The notes beneath the pieces are model-generated. The model ran no database searches. It was not told where the DNA came from and saw only the letters and a list, made by a program, of their open reading frames with translations. DNA of 64,000 nucleotides, from NCBI GenBank assembly GCA_034226945.1, contig CP120464.1:558001-622000 (forward strand), read 5' to 3'. Numbering within the stretch: position 1 is the first letter of the stretch; each line of letters starts with the position of its first letter. Shown piece after piece: positions 1-11,250 of the stretch. Origin of the DNA: Picochlorum sp. SENEW3. Taxonomy: Eukaryota. The translations under genes were made by a program, and so were the position numbers.

Positions 1-789
1 TTGGCATCGACGTCACCTCCTCTAGATGGCTTGGGACTGCTACCCTTGAGTGCATCACGTCTGTCCAGAATATACTGCTGCAGCTCGCGGAACTTTGGCA
101 CAGCTCTCATCTCTACCTTGGATCCATCTTTCAGTGTCACCACCATGTCTCCCCATAATCCAATTCCACGGCCGATGGATTTCACATCGACCACTTCTTC
201 GTAGGCAGCATCCAATTGCTCATTCTTCCATGGAGCAGTCGTGATTGCGGACAAGCGTCGATCAGTAAACCTGTACTTGACGAATGCAGATCTGCCTACT
301 GCGGCAACAGATAAGGGGAGCCACACCAGAGTCGTTCCCAAGGCTACATTGATGGCCAAATCCCCCATATGTGGACCAGATTCAAAATACAATGTTTCAT
401 CAGAGTAATCACGCACTGGAGCACTCTTCTCTGTTGCTGAAGAATCGCTTTCACCTTTTCCCTTCTTCACACCAGCTCCATACGGTGTCTCACCTTTTGC
501 CTTCTTCAGAGCAGCCAAGCGTGCTTCGAAATCGTCATCATCTGCAGGCACATGATCAATCTGTGAGCCCTGTTCTACTCCTACCACATACAACACATTG
601 TCTCGCGATGCCATGGCCTACGCCCGTACCTGATGCTCTAACTATAACATGTGCTCGTGATGTGCGTGGAACCACGGATGCAGGGGCCAATGAGCGAATC
701 CTCTGCTGTTTTTGTGGACCAACAGAGGAAGTCCCCTGTCCATTGACTGCCACAACGGGAGTCGTCGATCGCGCAACTTTTGTCAGCAT
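1..789 (-). CDS. Plastid-targeted bacterial-type PH (bPH_2/DUF304-like) domain protein, 3' end beyond window
   Basis: Exon 1 (789-630) is transit-peptide-like (MLTKVARS...VIVRAS). GT-AG intron 629-542. Exon 2 reads ...GPHMGDLAINVALG...KYRFTDRR...GRGIGLWGDMVVTLKDGSKVEMRAVPKFRE, resembling cyanobacterial PH-domain proteins. Frame is open at base 1. Confidence 0.65.
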
Positions 790-1227
790 TATTTTTTGAG
801 TGCAATGCATTATGAATGCGACTGTGTGGAGATTGCGCAATCGTCAAGTGAGTGGTGGAGATCACCATAGTCTGACGATTGGGACAAGGTATTCGGGAGT
901 CATGCAACTTGCCGCCATATATGACATGAACAGACTTCGCTTTTCACAAACAAAACACAAAACTTTATATTTCTGATCTATTTATACCCCTTATCGCTTG
1001 AAGGTACGAGTTTGTGACTATTGCGCTGAGAGCCACCTTTGTCGGCGCCTACACATGGCTGTGTTCTTGAGAAATCGCTGCCATTTCATTATCTGTGGTG
1101 AAAAATACTTTCAAATAAGGATAATCATGGATATTAATGAGGTTATGTGGCTGATGTAGGGCTATTCGAGATTGCCCTGTGGTAAAAGCGTGCAATTGCT
1201 CAAGTCAATTAACTACACAAAACAGAG

Positions 1228-1398
1228 ATGGGCCACGACGCTGTTTGGAACTCTCATCCAAAGAATTACGGAAAGGGATCTCGTAAGTGCCGTGTGTGCT
1301 CAAACCAGGGAGGTTTGATCCGCAAGTATGGCATGAACATTTGCAGACAGTGCTTCCGTCACTATGCCAAGGATATTGGATTTAACAAGTATCGTTAA
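1228..1398 (+). CDS. RPS29: 40S ribosomal protein S29 (uS14)
   Basis: Manual translation [56 protein letters not shown] (56 aa, below the ORF-track cutoff), with a CxxC...CxxC zinc finger. Confidence 0.97.
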   Translation: MGHDAVWNSHPKNYGKGSRKCRVCSNQGGLIRKYGMNICRQCFRHYAKDIGFNKYR

Positions 1399-1445
1399 AC
1401 AATATTACGTATGTAATTCATCTCCTATATGTATCTATATATAAT

Positions 1446-2541
1446 CTACCAAAACGTGTTCCGATCGTGGGATACTGCCTTTGTCTGTTTATCCACGGAT
1501 GGCTGATCTTGTCCATGTCCAACAAGTGACCTCTCCACAGATGCTCGAGTAGGCATGCTTGGAATTGCACCGGCGGCCTGAATGCATAACGCCGCAGCTT
1601 TGCTTGCCCATGCCATTGATTCTTGATCGGATTTTCCTTGGAGCATACCGACAGCAAATGCGGCTGTGAAACAATCACCAGCTCCAGTTGTGTCCACCAC
1701 ATGCAGCACTTTGTCTGCCTTTTGCCTGATTGTGTTTCCGTAAATATCAACAAGTACGGACCCCTTGGAGCCCAATTTTAGCAACACTTTGTTGACTCCT
1801 TGGTGAACTAATGCCTCGGCGGCTTTGATGCACTCTTTCTCTGTCTTCGTTGGCATCCCCGTAAGGCGCTCAAGTTCCGTCTCATTTGGACTCAATATGG
1901 AAATATTGGCAAGTAAATCACTGGCAAGTGGCTTCTCGGCACCCCCTGCATCAAGAATGACTGGAACACGTGCCGATGTTGCTAATTTCGCAAATATAAC
2001 ATTCACTGATTCTGGGATTTCTCGCTGTAGTAACACTACACCAGCATTCTGAATAGCAGCAGTGACCTCATCAGAAATCTGCCACTCTTCACTCGTGTTC
2101 GCCCCGCCAACCAACACAATTGAATTCTCTCCTCCAGGCTGCAACATGATGAACGCAAGACCAGAAGATCCTTCTATTGAATGCACCATGCTCGTATCCA
2201 CGCCTCTTTGCTGCAATGCTGCCACAAGCATGGGAGCATATGCATCTTTTCCCACCTGCCCAACAAATTGTGTTGAATAGCCCAAATTTGACGCTGCCAC
2301 CGCCTGATTCGCTCCCTACACACGTACACAGAAACACATCGAGTGTTATATACCTGTTTTCTACTACAAACAGCATGGGCATCCATTTCAGCACCTTTCC
2401 TCCAGGGTGCACTGTCATGGCACCCCCACTAATAGTCTCTCCCTTCTTCGGCAGCCGATCCACTTCAATAACCAAATCCGCATTCACTGAACCCACCACA
2501 ACCAATGGTTTATTCTTAGCGCTACTATCTCCCCTGTACAT
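1446..2541 (-). CDS. RBSK: Ribokinase (PfkB family)
   Basis: VVVGSVNADL, PGGK|GANQA across intron 2394-2316, PNETE and DTTGAGDCF motifs. Start codon uncertain. Confidence 0.92.
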
Positions 2542-2891
2542 GGTTATGGTATCGCTTTGACCGAGTTATATGTGGAATATTGTCCTGCCACCACCAGGAC
2601 CGCCAACAGAGACTGTGTGCCGATATCCGCAGTAGCACCTTGTCTTTGATACTGATTTGAATAATAATAATCACCCCTACCTGAGGCATCCAACGAATGC
2701 TATCGAGTCAAGTCATCCATCGAATTTCTTAATAAAACCATTAAATCGAGAATTCAAATAGCGTCCTAAAGATTCAAACCCTGCGTCGTCTAGGCGATCA
2801 GAAACGGTGTAAAAGATTTTTAATTTATTGTATCACGTCGATTGTACGCCATCGTCGTGTTCTGGGGAAACGAGGTGGTATCGGGGCAGAC

Positions 2892-3539
2892 ATGTACTCT
2901 ACGAGTCTTCCTCTTCCAAGAGGAAGTGCTCTTGGGGTGCGCAAGGCGCAAAATAGAAATTCATTTCATGTCAATTTGAAGCAGGTAATGAAGACGCGAT
3001 CTCGAGCTAGCTTTTTTGATGGGTTTTTCGGAGACAAGCAGGGGGACAAGTTCGACAAGGGTAATTTTGTGCCTTTGGAGGCGGACAGCGATACGAATGT
3101 TGGACTTGATGGAAGTACGGAGAAGACATATGGGCCTCTTGCGATTCTTGCGGCAGGGTTGTTCGAGGCAGAGTTTGCTGCATTGCAAATGCTGTTGAAT
3201 GAGATGGGTGCAGATGAGGTGAAGTTGTTGCCATATACGTCAACGATGGCGACAAAGACTCTTGGGGAGGCTCTGGAGAGTATGCAAGATGAGTTTGAGG
3301 ATCCTTTTGAGGGATCAAAGCCTGTGGCGTTCTTGAGTGGAATGTACAGCAGTGAAATTGTGGAAGTTGTAACAGCTCTTCGCTATTGCGAGGATTTGCC
3401 TGATATGGCGTTTGCGGCGGCTGTGCCGAATAATTATGGTAGAATCGTTCAAGAACTCATTGATGATGTACATGCGGATCACGCCGCGGTCGCTGCCATG
3501 AGGGCAGAGATGAGAACAAATGATGACGAGACAGAATAA
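2892..3539 (+). CDS. Plastid-targeted DUF3783-like protein
   Basis: Transit-peptide-like N-terminus; FLSGM...FAAAVPNN...ELIDDVHADH pattern typical of DUF3783. Confidence 0.6.
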   Translation: MYSTSLPLPRGSALGVRKAQNRNSFHVNLKQVMKTRSRASFFDGFFGDKQGDKFDKGNFVPLEADSDTNVGLDGSTEKTYGPLAILAAGLFEAEFAALQMLLNEMGADEVKLLPYTSTMATKTLGEALESMQDEFEDPFEGSKPVAFLSGMYSSEIVEVVTALRYCEDLPDMAFAAAVPNNYGRIVQELIDDVHADHAAVAAMRAEMRTNDDETE

Positions 3540-3557
3540 ACATTTGTATACTACATT

Positions 3558-5338
3558 TTACATATTTTGAGGCCATTGGGCGTATTCTTGTAGCTCATAT
3601 GCCGTATGTGATGGTGTAACACATTCTAATGCGTTCAAAAAGTCCTGCTGAGAGACACAAGAGGCACTTTGCATGTTGTTTCGCAGTGCAATTATTGTTG
3701 CCTCCTGGCATACTGCTTGCAGCTCAGCACCAGTGTACAGTTCTGTTTTCTCCGCAATATCACACAATGATACATCTGAAGCGAGGGGTACATTTTTTGT
3801 GTGCACTTCCAGCGTTTGTAGACGCCCTTGATAGTCTGGAGGCGGCACATAAATGTGAATGTCAAATCGACCTGGGCGCAGCAGGGCAGAATCAATGGCA
3901 AAAGGCCGATTCGTCGTTCCCATGATCAACACCCCAGATGAATCATCTATACCATCGATTTCCGTCAGAAAGGTTGTCAATAGTCTCGTTGAGACGTTCA
4001 CGCTATGGTCATCATCATGTCCTCGAGATCCAACCAGTGTATCAATCTCATCAATGAAGAGAATGGATGGCGAGGAAAGACGAGCCCTTGTGAAAGCTCG
4101 ACGGAGCTCAGCTTCTCCATCTCCCACAAACATCGAATACAATTTAGTACCAACCAAAGGGATAAAGATGGCGCCAGAAGACGTGACAGCCGCACGTGCC
4201 AATGTTGTCTTGGCACAGCCAGGAGGTCCATGGAGCAACACACCTTTTGGGAATTTAATTCCAAGCCTGACAAAATCGTCTGATCGCGTAATAGGCCAGA
4301 CGCAATATTGCTGAAGCAATTCTTTGACATGATCTAAACCCCCAACATCATCCCAAGATGCTGGAGAGAATGTGTCAGTTACTGATCGAGCCACTGATGC
4401 CCCAACATCATGCATGGCAGCTTCAAAGTCGTCTTCGGTCACTTCTTTCGAACTTCCTTTCTGCTTCAAATTGTAAATGATGGCAGCAGTACATAATGAC
4501 TTCAAGTCCGCCCCAGTATATCCATGGCACCTCTGTCCTATTCGTCTCACATCAAATCCTTGCATAACATTCATCCTACGAATCAATTCGGCGAGTATCT
4601 TGCATCGAGCATCTTCATCTGGTATACCAATCATAATTTCTCTATCAAGCCGACCAGGGCGTCGAAGAGCGCCATCAATCGAGTTGGGATGCGTGGTGAC
4701 TGCGATGACAACAACGTGCCCACTGTCACTTGATCGCCTGCTCTTGGCCACTGACCCGTCCATGAGCGTCAACATCTGAGCCACTAGTCGCGCATCTTGC
4801 TGAGAACTTCCTGCCTTTCTCTGAGGAAACAACGAATCAGCCTCTTCAATCAAAATGATTTGAGGCTTCTGAGAATGGCATGCCTGCTCCTCTGCCTTTT
4901 CAAACACCTGCCTCAAATTCCTCTCAGACTCCCCCATATACTGGCCAATCAGAGTTGCTGGCGTCACTGTATGAATTGAAGCATCATATTCACGAGCAAC
5001 ATGCTGTATAGAAGCTGATTTACCCACCCCTGAGGGCCCATGAACGAGCACACCCTGTGCCCAACTCACACCAAGAATGGCCCCTTCCTTCCTGTACTTT
5101 ACTGGCCACCCTATACACTGCATCCATAAATGTATTCTTATAAAAGTGCCATGCCATCAAAGGAATAGACCATCAGGCCTCATACCTCTCGTAGAGCGTC
5201 CAGCACAGAATCCATGCCTAGAAGCTCAGTTGTCACATTTTCTGTTCTAGATACCGTATTATACGATGTCTCAGCGTTCTGTTCTATTGATAATGCTTCT
5301 ATCGCATGCCTAACGTTATCAATTGCATGCAAAGCCAT
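3558..5338 (-). CDS. Double-AAA ATPase, CDC48B/AFG2-like
   Basis: Two Walker A motifs (GPSGVGKS, GPPGCAKT), Walker B (FIDEID) and SRH (RPGRLD/RPGRFD). Short upstream exon from ATG 5338 with an intron at about 5184-5118. Confidence 0.85.
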
Positions 5339-5547
5339 TATTCTGAGTATTCAAGTTTTTGCAACGTTTGTTTCATGGGCAAATTTCGAAAAGAATTCTC
5401 TCCTGGCGCTATATATAGCGATATATTTTATTACTATGGAATCGAAAGACATGGTTTTGGCTTTAGAATCATGCTCAGCGCAGCTAGTTGCGAGGGATTC
5501 ATTCATTGGTCAAGAGCTCTCTTACAAAAAAATAGGGAATCTCTGTA

Positions 5548-8500
5548 TTACATATTGTTTCTACGCTTATAGTTACCCTGGCGGCCTCCTGCAACACGAC
5601 CGAGCTGCATAAAGCTAGAGTTGTCCTTTGATCCTCTAACACGGCCCTTGCCGTAGACACCACCACTGAAACCAGCATCTGCAATGAAACCTCCGGAGCG
5701 ATCATTAAATCGGCGTCCACGTCCTCTGCCACGTCCCCCTGGAAGTCTTCCGCCCATGCGTGTTCTTCTTCCAGCTGCTTCGGGACCTTTCCTTGATCCT
5801 TCTTCATCATCATCGGTGATGAGCACGCCGGTGCGCATGGCAAGTGCTCGCTCATTGTAATCTACCAGCAGGGATGCCCTGTCTGCAAACTTGGCTGCCA
5901 AGGATTGGAGAGCTGTCGGTTCTTCATGATGCATCACAACTGTATTAGTTGGTTGATCAAAGCTGCCTGCTAAAATCTCGTCTGCAATCATTCTACTGAC
6001 TATGGCATGGACACGGCGGTCAGACAATTCAAACATTTGACACAACTGTTCCATGGATAGTGAGGTGTAAAACTTGGCATGAGCTAACAAGTATGATCTC
6101 AGGCCTTCTTCTTGGAATTTTTCCTTCACCATGTCCAACACTGCTTCTTTATGAGAGCCTAACAGGCCCCAGCAGGGCAATGCTGACACATATGCAAATG
6201 CCTTCTTCCAATCACCAGTAGCAAGTGTTCTACAGGCGGCAGTCATATGATCTCTAACATTCTCTGGTGGACCTAAAAAGGTCTGTCTGTCGTACATGTC
6301 CATCAGTTTCCTGAGTGGATGCTTTGCACCAAGCCTCTTGGTGTCCATGTTGCTCCACTCGATTGCACCAAGAAGTGCCATGGAGGATACTTCAAGGAGT
6401 ATTGTACACGTGAGGAAAGAGGCCTCAAGAAGCTCCAAATTAATATGCAAATGGAATGGAACTTGTCGCCTCTTCTCAGCCATCTCCTGCTCTGCTGTCT
6501 TCTCCTGGTATCTGTGTTGCTGCATTCCCTGGGCAAGCAACTCCTTCACCTTGAGAGACGCGTACAAATCAATCAGACAGGAGTACGCGTCGTTAATGAG
6601 ACCATTCCTGAACGCACAGAGACCTAATTGTGCTGTGGTTCTATTGAAGAGGATTTGCATGCGAATATCAAGCTGCTGCGTCTGTTCAGAGATACGAGAC
6701 ATGAGCAGCATATCTCTTGCCCCATAAAAGTCATCATGAATTGACTTGAAATACACAGAATAAAGCATGGCATTTCCTTTCTGATTATCATTCCCGTATG
6801 CATATACAATGAGCGCGAGTTCCTCCATCAATCCTCCAGCCTCTTCAGGAAGGTCGAAATTGGCTGGCAGCACAAGCGTGGGTACATTAGCAGAGTCGTC
6901 ACCACCATCTTCTCCCACATCCTCTTCGGTTGGACGCTGAGGCTGCTCCTGAGCCTCCTTCATAGCAAGAGCCATCTTGCGTGTTGCACTGTACACTGTG
7001 TTTGTCTTATAATATAAGTGATCCATTCTCCTCAGAGCAACTGCAGCAATCTTTTCCTTCTTGGATGACTCACTGAGAGTATTCAAGTAATCTGAGACGA
7101 GCCCAGAAAGCGCCATCAATGCTGCCTCATCCCTCAATCGATCCATATATGCGTTTGTATGTGGATCTAAGGCTTTTAATGACCCAGTCCACTCTTCATC
7201 CAGGCGTTCCAGGAATGCAGCAGGATTACCCCACACTGTGATCTCCTCATCTGCTGCAGGCTCTTCCTTTCTGTCATTCTCCACTGGATTATCAGAGAGC
7301 TTCACAGAAGGATTCTCAGCCACAAGAGACATCAGATCGAAGATTGAAGCCATGCATGTCTTCCAGTTTGCTGTGGTCATTGGTGACGATGTTGGGGTGT
7401 TCATATCAAAGATAACTGTTACCTTATGAACCAACACTTCAATCTTTTGCGCGGCACCACGGGCAACGCCGAACAAAAACGTCAGCATTTCTACCTGATC
7501 TTGACGGTCCAAAGACGTGGCACGTCCACGGGCAGCTGCAACCTCAGCCAGTTTTTTCTGGACCATCTCATAGGTAATCTCCTGAGGTGCAATAGAGAGG
7601 ATTTTATCCTTGGGCCTTTCCACTACACCAGTTCGGACAGTCTTGAATTGACGCTCGGCTTCTGCTTCAGAATCCAACGACTCGATATCAGTCTCATCAG
7701 ATTCCTCAGACTCTTCCTCAGATTCCTCGGGAGATTCTGGGTTCTCCTTGAACGCCTGAATCTGCTCTGCATACCCAGCATTATTCTTTCGAATAGTCTG
7801 CTTCATCCTCGCGAGTGCCCTTGCATTCGTAGGAGACAGCTTTGGCTTATCTGCACAGAACACAATAGATGATGACAATGACTCGAGACAGCCTCATTTG
7901 AACACACCGCGTGCACCAGCGGCAGCCAGCTCGCTCCGATACTGGCCAACGAAAAATTGCAAAATGGGCGGTGTCGTGTCCGAGTGGTTAAGGAGAAGGA
8001 TTCGAATTGTCGAACGGTCAACTCCGGCATTTGAGCGTATCGCCGAACTCATCAAGCTTCGGATGATCCTTTGGGGAAACCCGCGCAGGTTCAAATCCTG
8101 CCGGCACCGATTTTTTTCCATCCCTCATGATGGACTGTTTTGCTGCGGTTCCCACGCCATCATGTAGACAACCCACGCGAAAATGAACGAGTAACAATCA
8201 TACCTTGCAATGTCTTGCTCAAAAACTCCTCCAGTTCCACAATAATCTTTATGTACGGCCGAGGTGTCCCCAACATGCCGATAGCCCTCTTTGTCTTCTC
8301 AACCTGCTTGTGAAGCTTATCCCACAGCGTCTGAATAGAAAACCAATCATTGATATTCATCTTGTTGCGAATTTCGTTGCAAATGTTCGCCAGCTCCTCT
8401 GTCGCCTTTGTCTTGGCACTCTTCACCACTCGACGCTCCTCCTCAGACTCAGACTCTGACGACCCAACCAGGAACCGAGATGCCCCCTTTCCAGAGTCGT

Positions 8501-8633
8501 CTGACTCAGACTCCTCGTCTGTAGAAATCTCAGATGAATCATACTCTGATTCTGACGTCGTCTCCTCCTCTGACGTTGTAAACTCGTCCTCACTCTCCTC
8601 ACTGTCACTTCTTCCCCAGAACTTGGACTGCAT
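5548..8633 (-). CDS. EIF3C: Translation initiation factor 3 subunit C
   Basis: MQSKFWG start, acidic/Ser-rich N-terminus, RQVPFHLHINLELLE, GPPENVRDH and a C-terminal PCI domain. Intron 8203-7851 joins ...KTLQ-D-KPKLS in frame. Confidence 0.95.
7970..8109 (+). tRNA. tRNA-Ser(CGA) with 59-nt intron (8007-8065)
   Basis: Acceptor stem GGTGTCG/CGGCACC plus G73; D-arm CCGAGTGGTTAAGG; anticodon stem AAGGA/TCCTT with TT-CGA-A; long variable arm GGG-GAAA-CCC; T-arm GCAGG-TTCAAAT-CCTGC. Confidence 0.93.
8111..8117 (+). terminator. RNA polymerase III terminator (T7) of tRNA-Ser
   Basis: Run of 7 T immediately after the discriminator base. Confidence 0.8.
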
Positions 8634-9030
8634 AGCACCATCCATGTATGTAAAATAATTAGGGAAAAGAAATGCTATATATATAGATGCACATTAGAAG
8701 CAACACCGCCCTCACGTCACAGTGCAGCCACAGGGCGGCGTCCACGAAGATATTCGACGATGCCTCTTCGACCTCATTTTCAATCCCATTGAATATAACA
8801 TACCATAATGATCCACTCTGTCTATTGAAGATGAAGAAAAGGCGCTCCGTAGAACTACTGAACGGATGAAAACTAAAAGACGTGCTTTTGCTTTGCACTA
8901 CCTCGTCCTCTCCCAAGCAGTAATGACACTCGGAATTCTGCGATTATGATTTGTTTTTACAGTGCTGTTTGAGTGACAGGTGGTGCTTTATACCGTACGT
9001 GTCCTCATGCGCTACGGACGAGAGCACTCC

Positions 9031-10614
9031 CTAATATGATGATAATGAATTTTCAGATCTTGCTGGCCTTCTGTCTGTTACATAATGTTCGAAACTACAC
9101 AACTGCATGCAATTATCTAAGACTGATCGGCCAGCACTCTTTGATACATCCTCGAGGTCCTGTCGCACTGGATGCATGACAAATGCCTCGCGCATCAAAC
9201 CATGCATACCCTGGGTCTCCAAGACATCAATATTGGTGTCAACAGTAAACCCACCAGGTGTGACCCGCTCGGTACAATGCATTGCCGCAAGGCTGGAGTT
9301 CGGTAGTAATAACTGATGTAGAGCATCAGCTGACTTGATCCAGGCACCACAGAACAATTCCCAATAATCACAGAGGCTCATAATCTGGCTGTTGTTAAGT
9401 TGGAGTGTCTTCACGAGCTCCAATATTGATGACTGATCGATCCTTGCTGGATCATCTGGCACAACACATTGACGCAGCATCTTACCCACTGGATCATCAC
9501 TGAGATGCGACAAGATGCCTTCAGGCTGATTCTTAGCCATGTCAGCAACAACCTCTGCTCTCATGCTAAAGAGATCTTTCATTCCCATCTCCACCTCGCC
9601 CTGCTTCTCAGGGTCATCTCTGCATGCTTCATATGCATCAACAAGGCTTGACGCCTGTCTGCGGAATAGATTATACACGGAGGTAGGTGGAACTGTCTTC
9701 AGGACATTACAAAACATGCCCATCATTGTATCAGGCATGTTGCCATCTGTCTCAGCATTGGCCGCTTGCACAGACGGTGAACCATCGGCATATGAGATAC
9801 CGATATTTGCATGTTTGTCCTCCAAAAATACATGAATGTCAGGTATCGCTCTCGTATCCAATGAAGGCTCAACTTGCTCACATTCAGATTGATCCCGCAG
9901 CATGGTGTATGCTTCCTGACTATATTCCAGCGTTGACACGATTGCATGCTGCTTGCTCCTCAGCTCTGTGTTTTGCTTTTTGGTCGATCCGATGGCTTTC
10001 TTCAGATCCGTAATCTCGGTTTTGATCCTCTTCTCTTGCTGCCTCTTCCTTTCACGGTACCTGCGCTGCCTCACAGCATTCTGATTATCTCGAGCATGTT
10101 TATTGGAGCTTTGTTTGCCCTTTTCACTCCTTGAATCACCAGAAATTACAGTCTTAGGACAATGGTCTAGGACTCCTGTAATCGTAGCACTTGTTGAGCC
10201 GTGATGCTGACTTGGGGTGCAGCCATGCCCCTGGGTGGCTGCTTCTTGCAATGCGGCTTTTGTCGGAACGCATAGCAGAGCAGGGTCCATGTCAAGGCAC
10301 AGATCATCTCCCAAGCCTTTTATTGCGCCAATGTCACCAAAATTGAGGCAATCTTCTGCACTGCCTGGTTGTGCCTCCATCCCAAGCAGAGAGGCTGTCT
10401 CTAGGGTATGCACATCAAACTCAAATCCACACGACTGCGTAGCAGGAACTGCTTCGATATACTTGTTTTGGGGGGAAGAATTTGCAATAAAGTGCGCCAA
10501 ACGCCCAGAGATGTCGCTTTGCTCTCCCAAGAAGGAGCCACGGCCAGGGTTGACGTCTTGCGTGCTAGTTATGACACCAAGATTCTTACTCTGTCGCGGA
10601 GGGGAACGTTTCAT
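9031..10614 (-). CDS. bZIP-like transcription factor, copy 1 (C-terminally truncated, possible pseudogene)
   Basis: Basic region NAVRQRRYRERKRQ plus zipper. Matches copy 15332-16975 until ...AGRSVL, then runs into unrelated sequence and loses the conserved FTPLQKARLC tail. Confidence 0.65.
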   Translation of the reverse strand: MKRSPPRQSKNLGVITSTQDVNPGRGSFLGEQSDISGRLAHFIANSSPQNKYIEAVPATQSCGFEFDVHTLETASLLGMEAQPGSAEDCLNFGDIGAIKGLGDDLCLDMDPALLCVPTKAALQEAATQGHGCTPSQHHGSTSATITGVLDHCPKTVISGDSRSEKGKQSSNKHARDNQNAVRQRRYRERKRQQEKRIKTEITDLKKAIGSTKKQNTELRSKQHAIVSTLEYSQEAYTMLRDQSECEQVEPSLDTRAIPDIHVFLEDKHANIGISYADGSPSVQAANAETDGNMPDTMMGMFCNVLKTVPPTSVYNLFRRQASSLVDAYEACRDDPEKQGEVEMGMKDLFSMRAEVVADMAKNQPEGILSHLSDDPVGKMLRQCVVPDDPARIDQSSILELVKTLQLNNSQIMSLCDYWELFCGAWIKSADALHQLLLPNSSLAAMHCTERVTPGGFTVDTNIDVLETQGMHGLMREAFVMHPVRQDLEDVSKSAGRSVLDNCMQLCSFEHYVTDRRPARSENSLSSY

Positions 10615-11250
10615 ATCCTGTGATGTCCGATAAATTACATCTATTAGATGCTAATAGCAGTTAAACTGCTAATGTTCTCGGAAACTGTAAGAAGTGCTCG
10701 TACGGTTGTTCTCAAGTACCGGATACCGCAGAGTTGTAGGATTTTGTGCTCAGAGCGCGACCCTCAAGGGTACCCTTCAACCGGTTGATACCGGTCAACG
10801 TTGAGCTCGACTTCTAGGCCGTACGGTAGTTCCAGGATAGGGTCTGCAAGCAATGGATCATGTTGCCCGCCCCCCTGTTTCCCTGTAATTCTATTAAGTT
10901 AGGATCCTCTCGTCTTGGTACGATTGTTTCCGTCATCAATCTAGGTGTACGGCAAGTCATGGAGCTCGTCGGGAAATGGTGAAGCCAACTGACTTGGGTG
11001 CACAGCATACCTTGATCAAAAAGCACACCATCATGATCGGCCGCCGTGACGCGCACCAGTCGAGACTTGAAGTTCCTCTTGAAGATTTGCTATGTAACAA
11101 TAGTAAACAACATTATAAACATTATAAAGGCACAAAACAGTTTTGTTATCAGATGTGTTTACCTACTTAAATATGCCTTGCTCCCAGTTGCATTCAAACC
11201 AAGTGCACAGAATCATGGTGGCTGCTAACTTGGTAGTAAAACTTTTCTCC

